48,777 nt of DNA from Candidatus Bathyarchaeia archaeon (GTDB taxonomy: Archaea; Thermoproteota; Bathyarchaeia; Bathyarchaeales; Bathycorpusculaceae): positions 1-48,777 of the forward strand of contig JBMFMB010000012.1 in assembly GCA_049970895.1 (NCBI GenBank), read 5' to 3'. Below are positions 30,637-40,435 of the stretch, piece after piece (the stretch's first letter is position 1; each line of letters opens with the position of its first letter). Below the pieces are notes generated by a model. That model searched no databases. It had not been told where the DNA came from and was given only the letters and a program-made list of their open reading frames with translations. Position numbers and translations under genes: made by a program.

Positions 30637-33057
30637 ATGTCTGCAAAATTGAAGAGTACAGCTGACTTTAAGCAGCTTTCCATAGAAGAAACATTCAAAA
30701 TTTTAGAAACTTCCATGCTTGGGCTTACAGATTCTGAAGCAAAAAACCGGATAGAAAAGTTTGGATACAACGAAATAAAAGAAGAAAGGAAAAATCCCTT
30801 AATTGAGCTTTTCTCACGCTATTGGGGGCCTATGCCTTGGCTGCTGGAACTAGCAATTGTGCTCTCATGCGTGCTAGGGCATTACATTGAAGCTGCCATA
30901 ATTTTTGTGTTGCTAACAATAAACGTTGTCATAGGCTTTGCACATTCCAGCCGCTCACAACAAGTGCTTAACTTTTTGAAAAAACGGCTTGCTGTAAAGG
31001 CGAAGGTTCTGCGCGAAGGAAAATGGACGGTGAAAGACGCTAGGGAGATTGTTCCGGGAGACATTATACTCGTAGGCCTAGGCGACTTGGTACCTGCAGA
31101 CGCAAAGATAATCAGCGGAGAGCTTTCTGTTGACCAGTCAGCCTTAACAGGAGAGTCGCTGCCAGTGAATTTGCATCCATCCGACATCGTCTATTCAAGC
31201 TCAATTGTTACGCGTGGAGAAGCTAAATGCGTCGTTGTTAACACTGGAATGAACACGTATTTTGGGCGAACTGCCCAATTGGTTAAGAAGGCTAAACCGA
31301 AATCTCATCAAGAAGAAATAATGATGGTTGTAACCAAGTATATGATGTATTTTGGTTTGGCAGCATTGATATTGACTTCGGCTTATGCACTGTTATTGAA
31401 TATGGGTGTTTTGTCAATATTAACGTTTGCCGTTATTTTCCTCATGGGAGCTATTCCAGTTGCGTTGCCAGCGGTGCTTACCATAGTTCAAGCTGTAGGC
31501 GCTATGGAACTTGCAAAAGAAGGAGTTCTCGTGACGAGGCTTGACTCCATTGAAGACGCGGCTTCCATAGACATAGCCTGTTTGGATAAAACGGGCACAA
31601 TAACTCAAAATAAGTTATCCGTTGTTGAGGTAATTCCATTTTCCTCATATAAGAAAGAGGACGTAGCGCTGATTGCCGCATTGGCTTCTGAAGAGGAAAG
31701 CAAGGACATAATAGATTCAACAGTCATAAATTATGCAAAATCTTTAGGGATTAATTTAGATCCGTATAAGAGGGTTTCCTTCACACCATTTAATCCATCT
31801 ATCAAAAGATCAGAATCCATAGTTGAGAGCAACGGAAAGCGCTTTAAGGCTGTTAAGGGCGCACCGCAAATAATTGTAAACCTATGCAAAAACGCCAGCG
31901 CCGTCTGTCAAGAAGCAAACGCAATGTTGGATAAGTTATCAGAGAAAGGATATAGGACTTTGGCTGTTGCCAAATCTGAAAACGAGGATTTCGACAGCAT
32001 GCAGTTTGTGGGGCTTTTAGCTTTAGCTGATCCTATAAGGCCAGACTCAAAAGCCATGATAGAGGAGATTAAAAAGCTTGGAATAAAGCCCATAATGCTT
32101 ACAGGCGATAATGTTCGCATTGCTAAAGAAATAGCCCGTCAAGCCTCCATTGGTGAGAAAATTATTCCCATATCAGAACTTAAGGCATTAAACGAAGTAG
32201 ACAAAGCCAAAGTTGTTGAGACCTATGATGGTTTTGCCGAGGTGTATCCCGAGGACAAGTATGAAATTGTGAAACTTTTACAGTCTAAAGGGCATATGGT
32301 TGGAATGACCGGCGACGGCGTCAATGACGCGCCAGCCCTAAAACAAGCGGAGATGGGAATAGCTGTAAGCAATTCAACTGATGTTGCGAAAGCAGCCGCC
32401 AGTGTGGTTTTGACTGAACAAGGCGTGAAGGTAATAGTGAGTGCAATAAAAATTAGTAGGCAAATATACCAGCGGATGCTCACATGGGTCATAAACAAGA
32501 TTACTAAAGTGATACAGTTTGTTGCTTTACTAACAATAGGCTTTTTCTGGTTACACGACATTATCCTCAGCCTCTTAGGCATGACACTTCTTATCTTCGT
32601 AAATGATTTCGTAACAATATCATTAGCCACCGACAACGTGAAACATACAAGCAACCCGAACAAGTGGAACATCAAAAATATCACTTTAGCATCTCTTGTA
32701 GTCGGTTCCTTAATGGTCATCGGAGGCACCCTAACAATCGCGATAGGAAAAATTTATTTTCATTTAGAAGAAGAAAAACTCCAGACCTTCACGATGCTGA
32801 CCCTTGTTTTCTACAGCCAATTCAGAGTATACATCGTCAGAGAAAGAAGGCATTTCTGGTCTTCAAAACCGGGCAAAGGACTCACCATCTCCATCATCGC
32901 CACTCTAAGCGGATTTACATTGTTAGGCATATACGGCATAATCATTCCATCGCTCCAACCATATTATGTTCTCTTTGCTCTAGGGTTTTCAGCACTATTC
33001 ACCGTCGGAATTATAGACCCATTTAAATATCTAGTTTTCAAAAGGCTACAACTTTAA
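30637..33057 (+). CDS. P-type ATPase, P3A plasma-membrane proton-efflux type
   Basis: TGES, IPVALP, DKTGT, KGAP, TGDN and GDGVNDAP; M6 Asp in VNDFVT; WGPMPWLLE. Confidence 0.92.
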   Translation: MSAKLKSTADFKQLSIEETFKILETSMLGLTDSEAKNRIEKFGYNEIKEERKNPLIELFSRYWGPMPWLLELAIVLSCVLGHYIEAAIIFVLLTINVVIGFAHSSRSQQVLNFLKKRLAVKAKVLREGKWTVKDAREIVPGDIILVGLGDLVPADAKIISGELSVDQSALTGESLPVNLHPSDIVYSSSIVTRGEAKCVVVNTGMNTYFGRTAQLVKKAKPKSHQEEIMMVVTKYMMYFGLAALILTSAYALLLNMGVLSILTFAVIFLMGAIPVALPAVLTIVQAVGAMELAKEGVLVTRLDSIEDAASIDIACLDKTGTITQNKLSVVEVIPFSSYKKEDVALIAALASEEESKDIIDSTVINYAKSLGINLDPYKRVSFTPFNPSIKRSESIVESNGKRFKAVKGAPQIIVNLCKNASAVCQEANAMLDKLSEKGYRTLAVAKSENEDFDSMQFVGLLALADPIRPDSKAMIEEIKKLGIKPIMLTGDNVRIAKEIARQASIGEKIIPISELKALNEVDKAKVVETYDGFAEVYPEDKYEIVKLLQSKGHMVGMTGDGVNDAPALKQAEMGIAVSNSTDVAKAAASVVLTEQGVKVIVSAIKISRQIYQRMLTWVINKITKVIQFVALLTIGFFWLHDIILSLLGMTLLIFVNDFVTISLATDNVKHTSNPNKWNIKNITLASLVVGSLMVIGGTLTIAIGKIYFHLEEEKLQTFTMLTLVFYSQFRVYIVRERRHFWSSKPGKGLTISIIATLSGFTLLGIYGIIIPSLQPYYVLFALGFSALFTVGIIDPFKYLVFKRLQL

Positions 33058-33289
33058 AGCATAGCGTATTTGGACACGACAGATATAACCGTCTTAATTA
33101 GTTAATTATTTACCGAAAATTTGTGAAAAGGTTTCAGCCGCTCCTTGATTATAAACTGAACTGCTATGGTTAATATTAATATGGACATCAACGCTGTCAC
33201 TACGCGAAGCCGCCTCGTAAAGCTCGAACCTCTGCGTCACCCATCAAAGCTTCTTCTGCAGGATGATTTTGGGCGTTTACTCTGAGAAG

Positions 33290-33540
33290 CTTCGCCGTTG
33301 ACGCTTATGAGGCTGTAGTTGTCCTTGAAGTCACGCTTCCCACTTTCATCGTTAGGAGCTCGCCTGGGCGTAGCACCTTCTCGAAAAGTGCCGAGATGAG
33401 CACCCTGTCCCTTTTGTTCTCAGCCGCGTTAATCATACGCTTAACATCCCGATGGTAAGGGCGATTCAGGCTTAACCCTGAATCCTTTTTGTTGTCGTGG
33501 ACGCTGAACCACGAAACCTCGGGAGGCATCGGAGTCTTCC
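33290..33540 (-). pseudogene. Internal fragment of a XerC/D-like tyrosine recombinase
   Basis: DVKRMINAAENKRDRVLISALFE..LRPGELL (box I Arg), then in a shifted frame FKDNYSLISVNG. Confidence 0.75.
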
Positions 33541-33885
33541 TGGTGCTGAATCGTGGTATGGCTCAAGAAGCAAGCCCATTAAAGGCGAAAAGTCAAGGCA
33601 ATCAAAAAAATCAAAAATTTTCAGCAGAGCCCACACTCAACCACCCAACTCATTAAAAAGGCAGAGATAAACCCAAAATTAAAACAAAACGAATTTTGCC
33701 ACTCATGCATGCATATTCCCGCGTGCTTACCGCCCTTGACGACAAGCAGGCCTAAGCCAACATCACGCACTGGGAAACACACTTTACACTTCAGCTTCTC
33801 CATGATTTCTTCTGTGACTATGCGTTCTCCAGGCTCCAAGACCAAATGTTTCGAACAGGCACTCTCCCGATCACTAAAGGCAATA

Positions 33886-34071
33886 TTAAAGTATCACGGC
33901 TAGTCCCGCTAGAATTAGAAGCCCACCAAAGACTATTAATACTAACGGAATGAGATAAGGCATTATAATAATTGCCAGCAAAAGTAGAAAACCGCCGACA
34001 ACTAAGACTGGCATCAAAAGAAGCCCTATTAAAACACCAATGAACAGCCAGAAAAGCCTTGAAAGAGTCAT
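33886..34071 (-). CDS. Small membrane protein, translationally coupled to the upstream RHH gene
   Basis: 61 aa, hydrophobic; ATGA overlap. Confidence 0.6.
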   Translation of the reverse strand: MTLSRLFWLFIGVLIGLLLMPVLVVGGFLLLLAIIIMPYLIPLVLIVFGGLLILAGLAVIL

Positions 34072-34259
34072 CCTTTCTCCGCCTTTCCAGTTTTAGGCTC
34101 TTCCTCCTTCAGGTACTCCCGCAGAGCCGCCTCAACAACTTGCGTTAACTTTAAACCCTTCCTCGCAGCGTAAACTTTAACATCCCTCCACAACTCATCC
34201 GCCAACTTAATGGTTGTCTTAACAGTCTTAACGGTTTTCTCAACAACCTTTTCAGCCAT
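34068..34259 (-). CDS. Ribbon-helix-helix DNA-binding protein
   Basis: KTTIKLADELWRDVKVYAARKGLKLTQVVEAALREYL; GAGGTGG RBS before ATG34259. Confidence 0.8.
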   Translation of the reverse strand: MAEKVVEKTVKTVKTTIKLADELWRDVKVYAARKGLKLTQVVEAALREYLKEEEPKTGKAEKG

Positions 34260-34332
34260 TTTTCCACCTCTACAGAAAAACAGAAAGACAGCCATATAAA
34301 CCTTCGCCCCCCAAACCTAAAACCGGACTATT

Positions 34333-34639
34333 TTCGGTTACACATTACCAATGGAAATAAAGAAAAGCGGGATAATTGTTGTTTAAGCGTGTTTAAAAGT
34401 GTTTATCAACATGTAGTTTTGCTTTCTTCAATTTCTTTTCCTGAGTTTTTCTTCAGTCTTCTTTTTCCCCTATTTGAGCATAAGGACTCCTCTAAAATTG
34501 CGCTGGACGGCGTGCCTAAAAATTTACCCGACGTTGTCGGCGATCCGCTGAAAGATGTTGCAGAACCATCCCTAAACATATTCATGAAACTACAAGCATA
34601 ACCGCGCTTTTAATCGCACCTATACTGCTCATCATATAA
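34333..34639 (+). repeat. Collapsed, diverged copy of 9821-12182: dyad site, dead microprotein gene, intergenic stretch and the last ~36 codons of hppA2
   Basis: 34333-48 = 9821-36; 34410-81 resembles 9909-82; 34482-525 resembles 10022-65; 34531-639 (VGDPLKDVAEPSLNIFMKL/SITALLIAPILLII*) resembles 12073-182. Confidence 0.88.
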
Positions 34640-34729
34640 CCCGTTATTTATCAAATTTAAACGACGTGAAAGGTAACAGATATAAGCGTGTTTTCGTTGC
34701 TGAACATTATTTGGTGGGAAAGCCTCCCT

Positions 34730-34810
34730 CAAATCAATAAATAAGATTCCAATTAAAGAGATCAAACTCACTACAGTTACGGATGCAAGGATAACTGTTA
34801 GGATTATCAT
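34730..34810 (-). pseudogene. N-terminal fragment of a ZIP-family metal transporter
   Basis: MIILTVILASVTVVSLISLIGILFI resembles ZIP TM1; the rest is absent. Confidence 0.45.
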
Positions 34811-34891
34811 ATCACTTTCAGCGGCCTTCAACAAGGCTTTTCCATGATTTAAGGTTGACTATTAATTCTTAAATCCTAGTAAGCTTCATTT

Positions 34892-35107
34892 TTGAAATGG
34901 TGCTCCACGTTGACGGTTTACGACTGGTTAAGGGGTTACCTTCAAAACTTGGCTGTCAAATACCAGTTTTTAGGGGTTTTCCTCATAAGCCTGCTGGGTT
35001 CAGCTTCTATAGCCTTCCCAATTCCATACACTCTCGTCATACTTTTCCTGGGAATAAACCATATTATTGATCCTTTAACCCCTACAGTTGCTGGTGTCCC
35101 AACATGA
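34892..35107 (+). pseudogene. N-terminal fragment of a DedA/VTT membrane protein
   Basis: LGVFLISLLGSASIAFPIPY; truncated just before the att copy. Confidence 0.55.
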
Positions 35108-35148
35108 AAAACAAACCTAAAAACAAAGGTGAGAACGCCGGAACTAGA

Positions 35149-35170
35149 GGTTCAAATCCCGCCCGGAGCA
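35149..35170 (+). repeat. attR-like copy of the tRNA-Glu 3' end
   Basis: ggttcaaatcccgcccggagca is identical to 24804-24825; the upstream gccgga is kept at the same spacing. Confidence 0.9.
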
Positions 35171-35258
35171 CTCCCCAACAGAACATAGGTCGGATCTGAC
35201 TGATAGAAGGCTAGAAGAAGCAAAAATGTGCATAAGATAGCATAAAGAGGCATGGATA

Positions 35259-36239
35259 TTGAGAGTTTCCAAAGACAAGCTTGTTCTTGTCACTGGCGGA
35301 GCGGGGTTTATGGGAAGCCACTTGGTTGACAGGCTGGTCTCAGAGGGTTGGTGGGTTAGGGTGGCTGACAATCTCAGCAGCGGAAACCTCAACAACGTTA
35401 GGCACCATATGAGTGGCTCAAAATTTGAGTTTTTAGAGGCTGACTTGAAGGACCCAATTAAAGCCGTGGAGGCTGTTAGGGGCGTGTGTACGGTTTTCCA
35501 TTTCGCTGCCAACCCTGAAGTCCGAGTGAGCACAACTAATCCAGAGACCCACTTCGATGAAAACATTGTCGCAACCTTCAACCTTCTTGAGGCTATGAGA
35601 AGCCTCGACGTGGAGGACCTTGTCTTCGCCTCTTCCAGCAGCGTCTATGGCGAGCCTGAATCAATACCTGTGAAGGAGGATGCGCCCATAAAGCCTGTTT
35701 CGGTTTATGGAGCAAGCAAGGCCTCCTGCGAGAGCCTCATACATGCTTACAGTAATCTATATGGGATAAGGAGCATAGTACTTCGATACGCCAATGTGGT
35801 CGGGCCAAGGCTTAGGCATGGAGTAATTTACGACTTCATCCTTAAACTGCTTAAGCGCCCAGAAGAGCTTGAAATACTCGGCGACGGAACACAGATAAGA
35901 AGTTACATACATGTGGACGACGCGGTTGAGGCGACTCTTACAGCATGGAGAAAGGCGCAAGGCAGCTTTGAAGCCTACAACGTTGGAAACCTTGACTGGA
36001 TAAGCGTAAACGAAATCGCGGATGCAGTAGCTAAGGTTATGGACATAAGCAGCCTTAAGCGCACATACAAACCTATACTTCATGGCGTGGGATGGCTTGG
36101 AGACGTCAAAAAAATAGCCCTTGATATCGGGAAGCTCAAGACGCTTGGCTGGAGCCCCAAAATGAACAGCAAACAAGCAATAACAGAATCTGCAAAAAGC
36201 ATACTAAGGGAGATAAAAGCGACAAGCCATATTAAGTGA
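35259..36239 (+). CDS. NAD-dependent epimerase/dehydratase (GalE-like extended SDR)
   Basis: TGGAGFMG, ASSSSVYG, YGASK and GDGTQIRSYIHV. Confidence 0.93.
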   Translation: MRVSKDKLVLVTGGAGFMGSHLVDRLVSEGWWVRVADNLSSGNLNNVRHHMSGSKFEFLEADLKDPIKAVEAVRGVCTVFHFAANPEVRVSTTNPETHFDENIVATFNLLEAMRSLDVEDLVFASSSSVYGEPESIPVKEDAPIKPVSVYGASKASCESLIHAYSNLYGIRSIVLRYANVVGPRLRHGVIYDFILKLLKRPEELEILGDGTQIRSYIHVDDAVEATLTAWRKAQGSFEAYNVGNLDWISVNEIADAVAKVMDISSLKRTYKPILHGVGWLGDVKKIALDIGKLKTLGWSPKMNSKQAITESAKSILREIKATSHIK

Positions 36240-36283
36240 ATTCGACCTAGCCACTTTAGACTGAAATCGAAATTTAACTATTT

Positions 36284-36646
36284 TCAAGTTCTATTGGCGC
36301 GACTTATCCTTTCCAAGGCTTTAGTGTACATGTTTGAGGAAACCCCGGCGATCAATCCTCCAATAACATCGTTGGTTATGGGTCCAAGCTTTTTTAGAAT
36401 TCCTGGCTTATTTTGGTCAAACCTTATGAACTCGAAAATTCCTCGAGCCTGGCGATGTAATTGGCTATGGTCATTCCTTAGAGTTCGTCTATAACTAGTC
36501 CAAGTCGCCCCACTGAACCTTTCAACAGTTAGCCCCAGAACAAAAAGCTCTAAAGCCGTTTCTATCATATCTTGCAGAGTTAATTCCTTTATCCTCTAAG
36601 TATTTAAGTAATGGTGGATTAAAGGCTTTCAGAACTTCTTTTTCAT
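36284..36646 (-). pseudogene. PgpA/CobZ-like (alpha-ribazole phosphatase family) remnant with an internal deletion
   Basis: LLKYLEDKGI..MIETALELFV joined to RGIFEFIRFDQNKPGILKKLGPITNDVIGGLIAG; frameshifts. Confidence 0.6.
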
Positions 36647-36911
36647 ATTGTTCTCACCTTTTCAAAGTATGCCATAACATTTAAAATGGTTGCTTAAGTA
36701 AGGAGACCAAACAAGTTTCTGCAGAGTATGTGGGCCTACCCAATATAAAGTGGTTTTTGCACTGGTGAAATGTTAGGCTTCTAAATTTTTGTTGAAACAC
36801 ACGAGAAACAGCGTCTCTCACTTGCATAGATCTCTTCTTGTTTTTGTCAAAATTCGGCAAGTAAAACCAAAATCTTTGAATCCTCTTATAACCTGATTAG
36901 GTGATAGTCCA

Positions 36912-38045
36912 TTGGAAAAGGCTGTCGTGCCGTTAGTGGTGGTTTCCGTTTTATACCTTATGCCTATGGCTTACGCTTTAGAGCGCTATGACATTATTTT
37001 TGATCCTGATTTAACTTCAACATCGAATTGGAGTTATGGGGTTTACCGCACAGACGCTTCAAGCTATGTTAAACATGATGCGGAAAAATCCCTTTACAAT
37101 TTCCACGTCATAGATAATGTTAGCGATGCTAAACTTTCATGGGGTTATCTGCATCAAGGGATCCAGCTTCATTCATGGGGTTCAAGCGAAAACAAACCTT
37201 TACGTGCAGAATACGTTTTTGATAGAGATAAACCCGTTAAATGGATTTTGAATATCACGTTAAAGCGGAATGCGATAACATGGTTAAACGTTAACGAATC
37301 CTCTGTTCCATCATGGTTGAAAGATCAAGGGGGAAAGGGTCAAATAGCTATTGGTTTAATGTTTGCTTTTGAAACGGAAAATTATGATTATATGGCGGAT
37401 GTTAATCACAGCCGCACACTCCAATTTGAAATTCAGTTTTGCAGAATAAGATGGGATGGACAAAAAGAAATTCCCCTTTTTGATGACTTCTTTGTTTGCT
37501 CTACGGAAAGGGGGGATGAGGATAATGATGTTCACAACATTTTTGTGCCTTATGGGAATTTCAAAGAATATGTTAGTCCCTCTATTCCGCTTTGTGCTGA
37601 GGCTGTTCAAAATTATGTTGTGGATTTATATCCCTTGTTAAAATATTCGTGGGTTGATAGATGGTTTGAATTTTTCCCGGTGCAAAGGGCGACTTTGAAA
37701 TGGGTTAATTTCTATGTTGAAACAGTTAATGCACAAGTTGACGCACAACTTTTTTACCTTAACACTTATATTGTTGATAATCCTTTCTTCGATGCTTTAA
37801 CGAGTTTCTTAATTTGGCTTTCATTATCCTTGATATTTTTGATGTTTGTCGTTTTCGGTTTTGTTAGATGGCGTAAAGAAAAATGTGTTAAAGTAAGGAA
37901 AACACAGAAAATAATCGAAGCTTTGGAAAAGAAGGTTTGGCGGGCCCGGTGGGATTTGAACCCACGTTCTCCGGCTCCGAAGGCCGGCGCCTTAATCCAT
38001 TCTTGGCCACGGGCCCTCTTCTCTCTGTGTGAAGTATGCTTTTAA
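36912..38045 (+). CDS. Secreted, membrane-anchored protein of unknown function; the ORF runs antisense through tRNA-Arg
   Basis: N-terminal signal-like segment, aromatic beta-rich body with N-glycosylation sequons, C-terminal TM plus basic tail; visibly AT-rich. Confidence 0.7.
   Translation: MEKAVVPLVVVSVLYLMPMAYALERYDIIFDPDLTSTSNWSYGVYRTDASSYVKHDAEKSLYNFHVIDNVSDAKLSWGYLHQGIQLHSWGSSENKPLRAEYVFDRDKPVKWILNITLKRNAITWLNVNESSVPSWLKDQGGKGQIAIGLMFAFETENYDYMADVNHSRTLQFEIQFCRIRWDGQKEIPLFDDFFVCSTERGDEDNDVHNIFVPYGNFKEYVSPSIPLCAEAVQNYVVDLYPLLKYSWVDRWFEFFPVQRATLKWVNFYVETVNAQVDAQLFYLNTYIVDNPFFDALTSFLIWLSLSLIFLMFVVFGFVRWRKEKCVKVRKTQKIIEALEKKVWRARWDLNPRSPAPKAGALIHSWPRALFSLCEVCF
37938..38016 (-). tRNA. tRNA-Arg (anticodon TCG) with encoded CCA
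   Basis: GGGCCCG/CGGGCCC acceptor; CCGGC-CTTCGGA-GCCGG; GGTTCAAATCC; ends GCCA. Confidence 0.96.
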
Positions 38046-38108
38046 AGGATTAAAAGGGTTCTGAAAACCTTAAAAATGCTGGTTTGTTATTAACTGTTAG
38101 TGTTTGGT

Positions 38109-38183
38109 GGGCCGGTAGCTCAGCTTGGTTGGAGCGTTCGGCTGATAACCGAAAGGTCGCCGGTTCAAATCCGGCCCGGCCCA
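38109..38183 (+). tRNA. tRNA-Ile (anticodon GAT)
   Basis: GGGCCGG/CCGGCCC acceptor; TTCGG-CTGATAA-CCGAA; GGTTCAAATCC. Confidence 0.97.
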
Positions 38184-38240
38184 TTTTTACGTTTTTAAGC
38201 ATCAATTTTTTATACTGCCTAAGGAAAAATTAACAATTAT

Positions 38241-38918
38241 ATGATGTCTGTTGGGGAAGCCGCTGCCACTGTTGTGCTTTTTGTTTGGGTTATTTTTGTA
38301 GCTGAAGTTTTAACGAGGGGGCTTTTTGGCTATTTGGCTGGGCGGAGTGTTCAGCACTACGTTGCAGTCTACTATAACCGGAAGATTATCCACATCTTGA
38401 CTGGTGGTTTGGTGGCTTTCCTCGTGCCTTTCATTTTTAAGACTCCTATTTTTCCATTTGTCATGGCTATGCTACTAGCGGTTTTCCTCTATGTACCGCA
38501 TAGGCGGGGGAAGCTCATGTACTGGTTCCAGACGGGGGAGAACGCCTACGAAGTTTCTTTCTGCATCATGTGGGGTGTTGTGATAACCCTTGGCTGGCTC
38601 ATTTCCGGCGGGGAGAGCTTCTGGTTTGGAGTGCTTCCAGTTGTTTTCATGTCTGTTGGAGATGCCATAACCGGCATTGTGCGGAACATACTTTATAAGA
38701 AGAGGACAAAGTCTTGGTGGGGCAACTTGGCCATGGCTTCCTTTTCCATACCTATGGGTGCTATTTTAGGCGGGGCTGGAATGATAGCCGGCGCCATAGC
38801 CTCTTTTATCGAACATTTTGAGTCAAACCCAATAGACGATAATGTTACTGTGCCGCTCTCCTCTTTCCTAATACTGGTTTTAGCAAAGGTTTTTGCACCC
38901 TGGCTCTTGTCGCTTTAG
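38241..38918 (+). CDS. Dolichol/phytol kinase-like membrane protein (CTP-dependent polyprenol kinase family)
   Basis: RKIIH, GDAITG, KSWWG and DDNVTVP motifs; multi-TM. Confidence 0.8.
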   Translation: MMSVGEAAATVVLFVWVIFVAEVLTRGLFGYLAGRSVQHYVAVYYNRKIIHILTGGLVAFLVPFIFKTPIFPFVMAMLLAVFLYVPHRRGKLMYWFQTGENAYEVSFCIMWGVVITLGWLISGGESFWFGVLPVVFMSVGDAITGIVRNILYKKRTKSWWGNLAMASFSIPMGAILGGAGMIAGAIASFIEHFESNPIDDNVTVPLSSFLILVLAKVFAPWLLSL

Positions 38919-39085
38919 AGTCTTTTCACTAAGAAGTGGCGTCTTAACCACTCATCTAAATACTCTTATGGAAGCCCCCTCAGCCTAATTCTGTTTCGCA
39001 AAGTTTTTCAGAAATTTAGTTCTTGGATTTGCTCCTCTGCGAAGTTGCAGATTTTAATTTTGGACATTGTTAAAAGGCGAGGTGG

Positions 39086-40435
39086 TTATTGTTTTGAGAT
39101 TATGTGAATGTTGTCCACAAGGATTGGTGGCGTATAGGCGCGGATTTCTGTAGGGCGAATTTCGCATCCAACATCAATAATGTTTCTTAATGCTTGGAAA
39201 GCGTTGCCAGAAATCATCGTCTCTCCCAACGCATATTTAATTTGCCCGTTTTCTATGTAGCTTGCCTGTTTAGCTATTCCCGAGAATTCCCCACTTTCCG
39301 GACGGACGTTTCCGCTGAAACGGCGGACGATTATTCCTTTGTCAACTTCTTCTATGAGTTCAGCCAGCCTCCTCCTTCCAGCTTTTACCACAAAATTTGA
39401 GGCTGCCACTATAGGGAGCATGTTGTAGCTTTCTCTGTAGGCATTTCCAGTCGATTTTCTCCCCTCCTTATTTGCCGTATAGGAGTTGTGGATGAAGCCT
39501 TCAAGCTTGCCACGAATTATTATTGGCGTTTTTTGTCTCGGGACACCCTCAAAATCGAAGTTTAGGGAGCCTATTCCCTTTGGCATCAAACCATCATCGA
39601 AGACTGTGAGTTTTGGAGTTGCCACTTTTTCACCTATTTTTCCTGCCCATAGGCTTCTTCCCCTTTGCACGTTGTCGGCGTTTACGCTGCTTATAACTGG
39701 ATAGAACAGTATGAAGGAGGCTGGGTCTGAGTCTAGGATGACCTTTCCAGTGAAGGATTCAACCTTTTTTGGGTGGAGGGAGGATAAGGCTTTTCCTGCC
39801 GCTGATCTTCCAATTTTTTCTGGTAAAAATTCCTTAAGCATTGTAGAAGCATCATACTCGTATGCCATGCTTGATGTTTCGCCGTGTTCCTTTGCCACGC
39901 AGACCAGATACCCCTCTATGCGGGTTGTCTTTTCTTGCGCTTCAACACCATGGGAGTTGGCGACTACTATTTCGTTTAGGACCGCTGAGAACTTTCCATC
40001 GTCAATGTCTACGCGTTTGTCATAACCTTTCGCTGCATCATAAGCATTGATGACGATGTTTAGCATTTTATCTCCGTTTATGTTGGCGATTTCTGGGTCG
40101 AATATGCCATCCGGGGTTTTTGGAAGCTTTTCTTTTGATGGGAGGGAAACCCATTCAGGGTTTGGTGCAGAAACCTTTGCTAGGCTTAGGGCTGCTCTGC
40201 AAGTTTCCTCTATGCTCTCTTCCGAGAGTTTTGATGTATAGGCAAAGCCTAACTTTTTGTCTTTTATGACGCGTATGCCTATGCCACTTTGGGTTTTGAA
40301 GCGTTCATTTTGGATTTCAGCCCTTTCTAGGACAACCTCCACTGTTTGCTGGCTTTGAATGAAAGCTTCACACTCATCTGCTCCGAGTTTTTGGCATGTT
40401 TTAACGGCTAATTCTGCAAAATCTAGGAGATTCAT
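39086..40435 (-). CDS. pmbA: PmbA/TldE family protein
   Basis: GIGIRV...GFA, FDFEGVP, STGNA and SGEFS; no HExxxH. Confidence 0.9.
   Translation of the reverse strand: MNLLDFAELAVKTCQKLGADECEAFIQSQQTVEVVLERAEIQNERFKTQSGIGIRVIKDKKLGFAYTSKLSEESIEETCRAALSLAKVSAPNPEWVSLPSKEKLPKTPDGIFDPEIANINGDKMLNIVINAYDAAKGYDKRVDIDDGKFSAVLNEIVVANSHGVEAQEKTTRIEGYLVCVAKEHGETSSMAYEYDASTMLKEFLPEKIGRSAAGKALSSLHPKKVESFTGKVILDSDPASFILFYPVISSVNADNVQRGRSLWAGKIGEKVATPKLTVFDDGLMPKGIGSLNFDFEGVPRQKTPIIIRGKLEGFIHNSYTANKEGRKSTGNAYRESYNMLPIVAASNFVVKAGRRRLAELIEEVDKGIIVRRFSGNVRPESGEFSGIAKQASYIENGQIKYALGETMISGNAFQALRNIIDVGCEIRPTEIRAYTPPILVDNIHIISKQ

Larger units (their letters stand above)
24804..35170. mobile_element. Decayed genomic island integrated at tRNA-Glu
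   Basis: 22-bp direct repeat at both ends; two integrase relics, a TA module and many gene fragments inside. Confidence 0.8.

Noticed and set aside
33093-33120. Further copies of the dyad site (also 39053-39075 and ~6041-6057)
   Set aside because: Only partial, AT-rich similarity; indistinguishable from chance without a PWM scan.
34389-34601. 70-aa ORF as a real short PPase-like protein
   Set aside because: Chimera of the antisense microprotein ghost and the hppA tail across a deletion junction.
35137-35170. Additional or split tRNA gene
   Set aside because: Only the T-arm and acceptor 3' half are present, with a broken T stem and no bulge-helix-bulge leader seen; an att copy fits better.
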